Shown: one piece after another, positions 17,161 to 24,528 of the stretch
Layout of the letters: each line of letters begins with the position of its first letter
Position numbering within the stretch: position 1 is the first letter of the stretch
Origin: a virus
Taxonomy: Duplodnaviria; Caudoviricetes
DNA: 24,528 bases
IMG/VR virus record: IMGVR_UViG_3300042289_000929
Coordinates: 1 to 24,528 of that record
Direction: 5' to 3' (one strand)
Notes under the pieces: model-generated
Databases searched by the model: none
What the model was told of the DNA's origin: nothing
What the model saw: only the letters and a program-made list of their open reading frames with translations
Translations under genes and position numbers: made by a program

Positions 17161-18113
17161 TATGTTCTAGTTGAAAATCGTTTTTCACTAATTGGAGTTG
17201 CAATTTCTATTATTTTCATTTCGTTAAATACACCTTTAAAAAAACTAATTCTTGGATCACCATTTCTCATTTTTAAAAAATGAAAAGCTAAAATAGCGTC
17301 ATCATCAATTATAAATCCTTCTGGTCCATATCTAGTTATTTTTTTCATTGCTGGACGATTAATACCTATTAAATTATCAGCATGTTGCATCATAGCATCA
17401 GCACCTGCAATATCATCACCAGTAATATAATTTCCATAACTATAATTTTCAGCACGTTTTGGATCTTCTGAATTTCTATTTAATTGAGATAATGCAATAA
17501 ATAAACAAGGATATTTTTTTTTATATTCTGTAAAAAATTCACCTAATTCATAAAGTTTATCTAAAGTATTTTGATTAGCTTTTTTCTTTACTAATAAAGT
17601 ATGATCTAAAGTTATTATTGTTTTAGTTTTATATGTTTCAAAATATAAATCTATTTGATCTTTAATTTGTTGAATAGTTAATGGAGTGTCAATATAATCT
17701 ATATTATGTTTAATTCTTTCATTTTTAATATTTTCAAATTTTATAAAATCATTGTCGTTTAATTTATTACCTTCAGCACTTAATATTTCTTTATAAGATT
17801 TTTTAGTTTTAGAAACAAAATGTCTTACAGCAGATGCTTTTGCTGCCATTTCAAATTGTAATTCTAAAACTCTAAAATTTTCATTAGGATTTAATAAAAA
17901 AGCTTCAGTTATAATTTGATCTTTAAACATAGTTTTACCTGTAGCTGGACGTGCAGCAATTACAGTTAATGTATTCCATTCAAAACCATCTAATAAAGCA
18001 TTATTAAATTTAGGCCAAGGTGTTTTTATAGAAGTTTCTATTCCAGTATGTCTATTTTTTATATAATTTATAGCTTCATCATAAGCTTGATTTTCATCTT
18101 TCCATAATTTCAT
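17160..18113 (-). CDS. dnaB: DnaB-like (SF4) replicative helicase, C-terminal ATPase domain only
   Basis: IAARPATGKT (H1), QFEM (H1a), TLDH (H2), LSQLNR (H3), D..G.D...Q.AD and LK.RNG (H4). Confidence 0.92.
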   Translation of the reverse strand: MKLWKDENQAYDEAINYIKNRHTGIETSIKTPWPKFNNALLDGFEWNTLTVIAARPATGKTMFKDQIITEAFLLNPNENFRVLELQFEMAAKASAVRHFVSKTKKSYKEILSAEGNKLNDNDFIKFENIKNERIKHNIDYIDTPLTIQQIKDQIDLYFETYKTKTIITLDHTLLVKKKANQNTLDKLYELGEFFTEYKKKYPCLFIALSQLNRNSEDPKRAENYSYGNYITGDDIAGADAMMQHADNLIGINRPAMKKITRYGPEGFIIDDDAILAFHFLKMRNGDPRISFFKGVFNEMKIIEIATPISEKRFSTRT

Positions 18114-18718
18114 ACAATTCTATCTTTTAATATTGGAATTTCTACTTCTTCATCATTTAATCTAGAACAATAATCTGCAAGTAAAGATGTTTTTGATTTA
18201 TATGCATCAGCTTTATATATAAAATATTGTGAATTTTTTGCATATTGATAATTAGAAGAAGATTGTTCTTTTAAGTATTTTTCAGTGGCTTTTAATATTT
18301 CTTCCCAAGTATAATTATAATTTCCAAAAAAAGTAATAAATGATGTTGTTAAATTTTCAATACTACATCTTAAATATCTATTACCTATTCTTTGTTTTGG
18401 AAATAAATTTATATACTCTTCAATCTTTTTTTTATAATTTATTCCTAATAATTTTTGTTTATTTTGTGTAGGTTTAATTTTTTTAAATTCATTTGTCATG
18501 CTTTCTAAAAAACTTATTCCTAATTTAGTTATTGTAAATATTTTAGATTGATCTTTATATTCAAATGTTAAAAATTCAGCGTTTATTAATTCTTCTACAC
18601 AAACATTTGATGTAACAAGAACTGGAGATATATCTTTTTCTATTGAAAATAAAAAATAACAAGCATTAGGACTTATTTTATTTTCAATACATTTATGAAA
18701 AAATTGAAGTACTGTCAT
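18110..18718 (-). CDS. Hypothetical protein upstream of dnaB (possible winged-helix/initiator-like)
   Basis: EL....FL......F.IT..G is wHTH-like. Y...FP and EI..AT..Y follow in the C-terminal half. It has an ATGA overlap with dnaB. Confidence 0.65.
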   Translation of the reverse strand: MTVLQFFHKCIENKISPNACYFLFSIEKDISPVLVTSNVCVEELINAEFLTFEYKDQSKIFTITKLGISFLESMTNEFKKIKPTQNKQKLLGINYKKKIEEYINLFPKQRIGNRYLRCSIENLTTSFITFFGNYNYTWEEILKATEKYLKEQSSSNYQYAKNSQYFIYKADAYKSKTSLLADYCSRLNDEEVEIPILKDRIV

Positions 18719-18731
18719 TTTTTACAAATTT

Positions 18732-18762
18732 TTTGATTATAATTATTTTATAGATATATTTG
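18732..18762 (+). promoter_or_regulatory. Bacteroidota sigma70-type promoter for the single plus-strand gene
   Basis: TTTG (18732-18735), 19 nt, TATATTTG (18755-18762) is an exact match to the -33 TTTG / -7 TAnnTTTG consensus, 13 nt before the ATG at 18776. Confidence 0.8.
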
Positions 18763-18775
18763 TAAAAAATTTATT

Positions 18776-19189
18776 ATGGCAAATGAAAAAATTCCTGTAG
18801 GTGATACATATGATTATACTAAAAGTATAATTAATATTGAGTTAAATCCTAGTTTAATACATGGTTTAGAACAAACTATATTATTATTAGTATTGCATTC
18901 TATAAATGATCCAATAAAAGTAAAAGAATCTTTTAAAAAAATTAATAGTATATTATCTGAAGAAATAGAAATTGATAAAGCTAATTTAACAGATATTGAA
19001 TCTTCAATTTTAACTCTTCTTATTATTCAAAATACGTTAAAATTTAAAGCTCTAGAACAAAATCTTTTAATTAAAAGTAATAAAACAATAAATTCTGATG
19101 ATGCTGAAAAATTATTTGCGGCGTATATTAATCAAGATGAAAAAGTAATTGATGAATATGTTAATAAAATTAAAACTGATTTATCTTAA
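18776..19189 (+). CDS. Hypothetical protein (only plus-strand gene)
   Basis: 137-aa ORF filling an otherwise empty gap, with its own consensus promoter. Confidence 0.8.
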   Translation: MANEKIPVGDTYDYTKSIINIELNPSLIHGLEQTILLLVLHSINDPIKVKESFKKINSILSEEIEIDKANLTDIESSILTLLIIQNTLKFKALEQNLLIKSNKTINSDDAEKLFAAYINQDEKVIDEYVNKIKTDLS

Positions 19190-19561
19190 CTGAATATTTA
19201 AAAAATCTCCTATTTCAATACATGACTGTATTACTAAATTTAATTCATTTTTACTACAATCACTAAAAGATTTACAATATTCAAAATCATCATTTATAAA
19301 ATATAATCCAGAAGATTTTTTTATGTAATATTTAATATCGTTAAATGTATGTCCTGTTTCATTAGCTATTTCTCTAATCATAACATGAATTTTAGCAATT
19401 TGAGAATTAGTGGCGTTAGATATATTTGCACTGATAAACATTTCTAAATCAGTGTTATCTGGAAGAAATTTTAAAAAATTTTCTATTTTAGTTTTAGAAG
19501 ATTTAAGAGGAAAGTGAAGCTTGCTATTTTTTACAGCAAGCTTCACATAAATACTTTTCAT
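19181..19561 (-). CDS. Hypothetical protein, possibly NinB/Orf-like
   Basis: T.SQ.AKIH.MIREIA..TG.TF..IK...K and SF..CSK.EL...I resemble NinB-like recombination proteins. Confidence 0.6.
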   Translation of the reverse strand: MKSIYVKLAVKNSKLHFPLKSSKTKIENFLKFLPDNTDLEMFISANISNATNSQIAKIHVMIREIANETGHTFNDIKYYIKKSSGLYFINDDFEYCKSFSDCSKNELNLVIQSCIEIGDFLNIQLR

Positions 19562-19764
19562 TTAAATTGTAAATAATTTTTTATAAAAACAAAGTCGTAA
19601 CCACAATTTGTACAATATAAATCAATATTACTAAATTCTTTAAGTGTAAATTTTTTACAATTTATACAAGATTTATTTGAATTTAAAATAGAATCATTTT
19701 CTATTTTTTCTTGATATTTTTTTTCCAAAAGACTGGCCATATACAACTCTTTCATTTTTCCCAT
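19558..19764 (-). CDS. Small zinc-ribbon protein
   Basis: CINC...CTNCG. Confidence 0.65.
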   Translation of the reverse strand: MGKMKELYMASLLEKKYQEKIENDSILNSNKSCINCKKFTLKEFSNIDLYCTNCGYDFVFIKNYLQFK

Positions 19765-19987
19765 TTTTTTTATTTAAAAGATAAATATAAGAATCAAAAT
19801 CGGAATTTGGAAATATAATTTCTTTAATCGCAATATTTTCTGGAAGAATATTTTTTAATATAAAATAATCAATTTTAGCAAAAAAACCAAATTTTAAATA
19901 AACAGGAAACTCTTTTTTATTAATATATCGTACAGAATCAAAATATCCAAAATTTTCATAAATAAGATACCATAAATTATTGCCCAT
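19694..19987 (-). CDS. Hypothetical protein
   Basis: ORF between the helicase and zinc-ribbon genes. The ATG at 19987 (MGNNLW) overlaps the helicase stop and is preferred. Confidence 0.55.
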   Translation of the reverse strand: MGNNLWYLIYENFGYFDSVRYINKKEFPVYLKFGFFAKIDYFILKNILPENIAIKEIIFPNSDFDSYIYLLNKKNGKNERVVYGQSFGKKISRKNRK

Positions 19988-21062
19988 AATATGTAATTTT
20001 ATTAGAATCAAATTGTTGTAAAGCTTTTCTCACCCATTCTTCATCTATAGTATTTTTATAGCATAATATATGACATATTGCTGTTTCATCTGGATTTAAT
20101 CGTAATAATCTACCTATTCTTTGTGATGTTTTACGTTCATTACCATAAGCATGCATTATAATTCCCATTTTTAAATTAGGTATTGTAATACCTTCATTTA
20201 ATTGAGCTACACATGATAGTATGTTAATTTTATCATTTGAAAAAAGTTCTAAGTTTTTTTCTGAATTTTGATTATTACTATGATAACTATAATTAGATAA
20301 TCTATCAGCTTGATCTTGTGTGTTTGCAAAAACAATACATTTAGATTTAATATTAGAAATCATATCCATTGTGAATTTTTCTTTTGATTCATAATTCATA
20401 ATGTTTTTCATTCTAAATATAGAAGCCATTTGTTTTTCTTTAAAACTTTCTGCTTTTTCTAATCTATTACAAGAATATAAATAATCTTCAAACTCAGATG
20501 TATACCATTGTTTTCCTGAATTTGTTTTTTTTAAAATGTTTTTTTGTTTATTTAATTCTAAATAATGAATATAAATTTTATAATCATTTAAAATGTTATT
20601 TTCTGTTGCTTCATCCACTGAAAAATTAAAAATAATAGGACAATATTTTTCAATAAGATTATATTTTATTGAAAATATATCAACAGGAGCAGTACCTGTT
20701 AACCCTAATATTTTACCTTTATAATTTTTTAAAAAAGATTCATGAGATTCTAATAAATTATGGCATTCGTCTAAATATAATAATTGATAATTGTTATAAT
20801 CTTTTTTAGTTAATGATAAATATGTTGTAAATTCAATATTATTATATAAATGTTGAAGATTAAGTTTTTCTATTTCTTCAATCCAAGTTTTTTTAATAGA
20901 TAACTTTGGAATTACAATTAATGCTTTTAAATAATTAAAATTATCTAAATGTTTAACAGCAATTCTTGTTTTACCTACACCCATTGATATATTTACGCCA
21001 CATTTATCATATTTTAAAATTTCTTTTAATGTATTATTTTGAATATCATCTTTTGTAATCAT
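19977..21062 (-). CDS. Superfamily 2 helicase (ResIII/DEAD-like)
   Basis: MGVGKT (I), DECH (II), LTGT (III), IVF (IV), LNEG..IP (V) and QRIGR.LR (VI). Confidence 0.92.
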   Translation of the reverse strand: MITKDDIQNNTLKEILKYDKCGVNISMGVGKTRIAVKHLDNFNYLKALIVIPKLSIKKTWIEEIEKLNLQHLYNNIEFTTYLSLTKKDYNNYQLLYLDECHNLLESHESFLKNYKGKILGLTGTAPVDIFSIKYNLIEKYCPIIFNFSVDEATENNILNDYKIYIHYLELNKQKNILKKTNSGKQWYTSEFEDYLYSCNRLEKAESFKEKQMASIFRMKNIMNYESKEKFTMDMISNIKSKCIVFANTQDQADRLSNYSYHSNNQNSEKNLELFSNDKINILSCVAQLNEGITIPNLKMGIIMHAYGNERKTSQRIGRLLRLNPDETAICHILCYKNTIDEEWVRKALQQFDSNKITYYGQ

Positions 21063-21116
21063 AATTATTATATCTAAAACAAGATTTAAACCTACAAAAC
21101 TTTGTTATTTATTTTA

Positions 21117-21410
21117 CTATTCAAATGTTAATTCGTTTTTAATTTTTGGAGAACATCCAAGTAAAATTGCTGTTTTAAAAAATCTTTGTTTTTGTTTTTT
21201 AATATTATATTCTTCAAATATATCTTGAATAATATTATCAAAAGTGTTTTCTTCAATTTCGTAATCCATAAAAGGAATTACTTTTTGATTAATTTCATTT
21301 TTTTCCGCTTGAGCAAGCAATTTATCAAAATCTCCTGAAGGTGTTGATGCTTTAAATAATCTTCGATAACATTCTAAAATAGCTTGTTCTTCTCTGTTAG
21401 TTGCTTTCAT
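21117..21410 (-). CDS. Hypothetical phage protein
   Basis: 97-aa ORF with CY..LF..STP..DFD.L and LGCSP. Confidence 0.75.
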   Translation of the reverse strand: MKATNREEQAILECYRRLFKASTPSGDFDKLLAQAEKNEINQKVIPFMDYEIEENTFDNIIQDIFEEYNIKKQKQRFFKTAILLGCSPKIKNELTFE

Positions 21411-21448
21411 TTAAAAATTAAATTTTTATTGTTTATTTGTATTAAGTT

Positions 21449-21895
21449 TTAGATAGAAGATAACTTATCTATAATTTCACCCTTTGAGTTTTCATAGTAA
21501 GTTTCATATCCTTCGGAGTCATACTCCATTCTTTCCCACATCCCATTGGAATCCTCTGTTCGACATCCATTATTTGAATATGTAGTTTGTTTCCAATACC
21601 CCATCGAATCTTCATACAAAGTTATATCCCGTTCAGAATTGTATTCATACCTTGCCCAAAACCCATTTGATGTAGTTTCTTTAATCCGATTATCATTAGA
21701 ATCATATTCATATCGCTCCCAAAGGCCATTTGAATTCTCCCAATAGGTTTGGTTGCCTCCATCATCTCGCTCACTGCGTTCCCAGTAGCCAGCGGCATTT
21801 TCTCTATAAGCAACCCACCCATCTTTAATTTCAATTACCAAGTCGCCATCTTTTTCAAAGTTCCAGTTAAGTTGTTGTGCTATTGTTTGTGTCAT
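21449..21895 (-). CDS. Phage protein with ~21-aa EYDxxGN.xYYENSxGxW beta-hairpin repeats
   Basis: About five to six imperfect repeats, e.g. ERDDGGNQTYWENSNGLWERY / EYDSNDNRIKETTSNGFWARY / EYNSERDITLYEDSMGYWKQT. Confidence 0.8.
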   Translation of the reverse strand: MTQTIAQQLNWNFEKDGDLVIEIKDGWVAYRENAAGYWERSERDDGGNQTYWENSNGLWERYEYDSNDNRIKETTSNGFWARYEYNSERDITLYEDSMGYWKQTTYSNNGCRTEDSNGMWERMEYDSEGYETYYENSKGEIIDKLSSI

Positions 21896-21918
21896 ATCTT
21901 TTATTTTTATTTATGGTA

Positions 21919-21950
21919 TAAATATACGAACGAATTTTCATGTCTCCAAA
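21919..21950 (-). promoter_or_regulatory. Bacteroidota-type promoter upstream of the repeat protein
   Basis: Minus strand: TTTG (21950-21947), 20 nt, TATATTTA (21926-21919). One mismatch to TAnnTTTG. Confidence 0.7.
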
Positions 21951-21958
21951 TGACGGAG

Positions 21959-22687
21959 TTATGACATATTACCAACTTTAAGTTCACCATCATAAATCAA
22001 ATATTGCTTTGATGGAAGAGCATCTATCATATAATATCTACCACCCATGTGTTTATTCATACTATTCAAATCTATTTCTTTAATTTGAGTATGTCCAAAT
22101 ATTTGAATAAAACGTTTTTTGATTGCATTTTTATCTTTTTGTTTGTTAGATATTAACAATGAAGTAGGTCTTATCCACACAGGGGATTGTGTTACATTAT
22201 CCCCATAAGGATTAAATCCATTGAAAGTAAAAGCACGGAGCCTGTGTTTAAATAGCTCATTGATTTCATCAACCAAAGTATCTACATTACAACGACCGAA
22301 AGTTTCTACAACCCAATAATGGCTTACTCCGGCGTGAGTGCAAAGAAAATCATCAAATGAATATGCCATTTGTAACAGGTCCATATTCTCTGATAAAACC
22401 TGACTGATATCAAATTGAAGAGCAGGTTGAAATCCCGAGTATGTTTCACCGATGTGCATATAGTGCATATCATGATTACCTGTTAATAGTATCACTTCCT
22501 TCCACTCCCAGTCGGAGTTTCGTTTAAACTCACATATCTCCTTAAAGTTATGTATTTGGTCTATGCCGGGTATATCAAAAGAATCAAAGTAATCTCCAAC
22601 AAAGATTATTCTATCAGCGTTTTCTTTTGCTACAATGTCTTTCCAAATTGAACGGCCGTGAATATCTCCAATGAATATTGTTTTCAT
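21959..22687 (-). CDS. Calcineurin-like metallophosphoesterase
   Basis: GDIHG, GDYFD, GNHD, HAG, WIR and GHT motifs. Confidence 0.92.
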   Translation of the reverse strand: MKTIFIGDIHGRSIWKDIVAKENADRIIFVGDYFDSFDIPGIDQIHNFKEICEFKRNSDWEWKEVILLTGNHDMHYMHIGETYSGFQPALQFDISQVLSENMDLLQMAYSFDDFLCTHAGVSHYWVVETFGRCNVDTLVDEINELFKHRLRAFTFNGFNPYGDNVTQSPVWIRPTSLLISNKQKDKNAIKKRFIQIFGHTQIKEIDLNSMNKHMGGRYYMIDALPSKQYLIYDGELKVGNMS

Positions 22688-22720
22688 AATTTGATTAATT
22701 GTTTGTAATTAAATTATTTA

Positions 22721-22751
22721 AAAATTTATAGTAAATTTTTTACTTTGCAAA
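22721..22751 (-). promoter_or_regulatory. Possible Bacteroidota-type promoter upstream of the phosphoesterase
   Basis: Minus strand: TTTG (22751-22748), 19 nt, TAAATTTT (22728-22721). One mismatch, and the AT-rich context lowers significance. Confidence 0.4.
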
Positions 22752-22802
22752 TTGTATTATTACTCTCTTTAATGTTTACTTAAAATTTTATAAATAGTTT
22801 TA

Positions 22803-23297
22803 TTAGTTAGTTTGGTTAAGTAGTAAAATGAAATTTTGGTTTACTCTTAATGCCTCTTTTGGCGTGAGGTATCGATCATAGATGTATAATCGTATTGCTT
22901 TTATTTTCTTCTGAGCAATCAGCTTCAAAGTGTCATTGTCAATATCGACAAAGGCACTCGCTATAAACATGCTAAATGATGAATTGTAATCAAAGTCTAC
23001 TTCTACTTCGCTTAAGTCTAATTTGCTACCATCTTCAAAGATGATATAAATGCCCTTTGCATTACTCGCAAGTGTATGACAAAACACCCTGGCAGAAATG
23101 TAGGCATCACTTTGATTAGAGTCCTCTTTTATTATGTATCCGACAATTGGCTCTGGATATGCTATGCCAAACCCTTTGTGATGAAGCGGAGTTCGATAAG
23201 TAGTTTGATTCTTGAACTCGTCGTATTGTATAGTTATTTGCGCTATGCTAGTTAGCGTAGCAAATAGCATTGATAAAATTAAAAATAATTTTTTCAT
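22803..23297 (-). CDS. Secreted/periplasmic hypothetical protein with Sec signal peptide
   Basis: MKKLFLILSMLFATLTSIA|Q has a basic N-region, a hydrophobic core, an S-x-A cleavage site and Gln at +1. The start at 23297 is preferred over 23336. Confidence 0.75.
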   Translation of the reverse strand: MKKLFLILSMLFATLTSIAQITIQYDEFKNQTTYRTPLHHKGFGIAYPEPIVGYIIKEDSNQSDAYISARVFCHTLASNAKGIYIIFEDGSKLDLSEVEVDFDYNSSFSMFIASAFVDIDNDTLKLIAQKKIKAIRLYIYDRYLTPKEALRVNQNFILLLNQTN

Positions 23298-23311
23298 TGG
23301 TTTGGTTTGGT

Positions 23312-23881
23312 TTAGTAAATGTATTTGCCTACCCATTGGGTATGGCCTTTGGGGGTGGTTATACTAACTTGTCTTAGTGGTTTACGATATTCTTCTTCAA
23401 AGCATTTAATCTCACACTCAAAAGCATTCGGCATTTTGGGAAGGTTGAGTGATTGGATGAACGTATGCTCTAATACAGCCTCACCTGTTCTTGAATACCT
23501 TGATTGTACACCATTTCTGTATGCGTTTATCACATCCTCTTCTGTGTACTTGTACTTCTCTTTGGCTTTGTTGTAGCCTACAATAAATGATGAAACCTCA
23601 TAATCAGTAACTCCAACTTTTTTATATGAACTTTTAAATTCCTCAGCCAACTTCTCAACATCATCTTCAAGTGGTGGTAACAAGTCTACGCCTTGAAGAA
23701 CAGGTGAGTTGTTGAGTGGTAAGTGGGCTATAATTCTGATATCTCCCATACAACAATGAATATCTTCACCCTCATCTTGGAAAATATATTTAGTTCTTAC
23801 ACAATAAAACAAACCTCTTCTGATTTCATCATCAGAACCAATAAGAAGATAGTTGTCTGTTTTAATGATGTTGTATTTCAT
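23312..23881 (-). CDS. Hypothetical phage protein
   Basis: 189-aa ORF with IIAHLPL....L.GV.LLP and GYNKAKEKYKYTEED motifs common in small phage accessory proteins. Confidence 0.75.
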   Translation of the reverse strand: MKYNIIKTDNYLLIGSDDEIRRGLFYCVRTKYIFQDEGEDIHCCMGDIRIIAHLPLNNSPVLQGVDLLPPLEDDVEKLAEEFKSSYKKVGVTDYEVSSFIVGYNKAKEKYKYTEEDVINAYRNGVQSRYSRTGEAVLEHTFIQSLNLPKMPNAFECEIKCFEEEYRKPLRQVSITTPKGHTQWVGKYIY

Positions 23882-24399
23882 AGTTGGGTTGGGTTTAGAA
23901 TTGAATTAACTTTTTGGATGATTAGGTCGCCAATGTATTGACGGCAAATGTCAGCTGTTTGCAATCGATTTTCGATAGCGGCAGCGCCAGCGGCAGCGGC
24001 AGCGGCAGCGTAAGCGGCAGCGACATAGGCATCGGCATAGGTAGCGGCATCGGCAGCGGCAGCGGCAGCGTAAGCGGCAGCGGCATAGGCAGCGGCAGAG
24101 GCAGCGGCATAGGCAGCATCTAACTCCTCACGTGTTGCCGTGCCTTCGCCAAAAGCAATCGCAGTGTCAACTGCTTTAAGGCTTCTATCGTCATTCATCA
24201 AGTGCCTAACGGTGTTGGCGCAGTGCCCTTTTGCAAGGGTTAATGGTTGCAGTCCAATATCGCATTTGGATGCGAGCCACAACAACCAATCGCCACGGTG
24301 ACAGTCGGCTACGACCTGTTCAATTGTTTTATCGCCAGCCCACTCTATTGCAGCAGCGCAGGCATCAACAGAATGGAGGTACTCTTTAAAGGTTTTCAT
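23878..24399 (-). CDS. Phage protein with RGDW.LWL motif and Ala-rich low-complexity tract
   Basis: MKTF..YL....AC...IEWA, RGDWLLWL, A..F..G.AT.EELDAA, then (AAY/AAD)n. The ATG at 24399 follows the repeated junction motif. Confidence 0.7.
   Translation of the reverse strand: MKTFKEYLHSVDACAAAIEWAGDKTIEQVVADCHRGDWLLWLASKCDIGLQPLTLAKGHCANTVRHLMNDDRSLKAVDTAIAFGEGTATREELDAAYAAASAAAYAAAAYAAAAAADAATYADAYVAAAYAAAAAAAGAAAIENRLQTADICRQYIGDLIIQKVNSILNPTQL
23977..24117. repeat. GC-rich (GCGGCA)n-based tandem repeat encoding poly-Ala, with a 60-nt higher-order duplication
   Basis: 23991-24031 and 24051-24091 are identical except at one position. The minus strand reads alternating GCC/GCT codons. Confidence 0.9.
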
Positions 24400-24528
24400 T
24401 GGTTGGGTTGGGGTTAAAAGTTCAATTAGTTTTTTTAGGCAGGCAAGTTCTGCTTCTTCGTAAGTGTCACAATAATACACTAATGAGGATTGAACAACGG
24501 GATTGTAATGGTTATCATCAAACTCAAT
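24400..24528 (-). CDS. 3' end of an upstream phage hypothetical gene (partial), in frame with the Ala-rich gene
   Basis: Reads IEFDDNHYNPVVQSSLVYYCDTYEEAELACLKKLIELLTPTQP with no stop before the ATG at 24399. TYEEAELACLKKLIE resembles a common C-terminal motif of small phage proteins. Confidence 0.55.

Noticed and set aside
18717-18770. Recombinase-driven invertible promoter
   Set aside because: The 28-nt spacer is much shorter than typical invertible segments and no recombinase is in the window. It is kept only as a symmetric regulatory element.
21546-21964. ORFs 21546-21746 (+), 21622-21834 (-) and 21749-21964 (+)
   Set aside because: They are alternative-frame or antisense products of the repeat-protein gene.
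23977-24117. CRISPR array or DGR template/variable repeat
   Set aside because: There are no unique spacers. The single mismatch between the copies is too little evidence for adenine-specific mutagenesis, and no reverse transcriptase is in the window.
23319-24123. ORFs 23319-23576, 23723-23941, 23922-24119 (MP/LP repeat) and 23938-24123 (GS repeat)
   Set aside because: They are antisense shadows or frame by-products of the Ala-codon repeat.
1-24528. Stop-codon reassignment as in some crAss-like phages; tRNA genes
   Set aside because: Conserved genes are full length and densely packed under the standard code, and the thyA break uses TAA. The intergenic gaps are short and AT-rich, with no cloverleaf seen.

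Overview
This is the replication and nucleotide-metabolism region of a large, very AT-rich dsDNA phage, probably infecting Bacteroidota. The host call rests on TTTG-N19/20-TAnnTTT(G/A) promoters, a lack of obvious Shine-Dalgarno motifs and a Gln-after-cleavage signal peptide. The gene set resembles Crassvirales and marine Flavobacteriia phages. Nearly all genes are on the minus strand. The AT-rich core (~3.0-21.4 kb) encodes an SF2 helicase, DnaB, an AAA_24/Sak4-like ATPase, a putative SSB, primase, a RusA-like resolvase, a PD-(D/E)XK nuclease, PolB, MazG, a spore-photoproduct-lyase-like radical SAM protein and DUF932. A MoxR-AAA+/vWA-metallopeptidase/DUF6915/DUF6878 cluster sits inside this core. 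The flanks are more GC-rich accessory modules. The left flank holds the most notable biology. (i) thyA is split into two separately initiated ORFs by an HNH endonuclease gene, with no visible intron or intein. (ii) A small R67/DfrB-like (type II DHFR fold) ORF lies directly upstream of thyA. (iii) A chimeric ORF that begins like a phage ThyX sits near the compositional boundary, suggesting thyX was displaced by a thyA plus DfrB-like cassette, or that the assembly is chimeric there. All family assignments come from motif recognition by eye; no searches were run.
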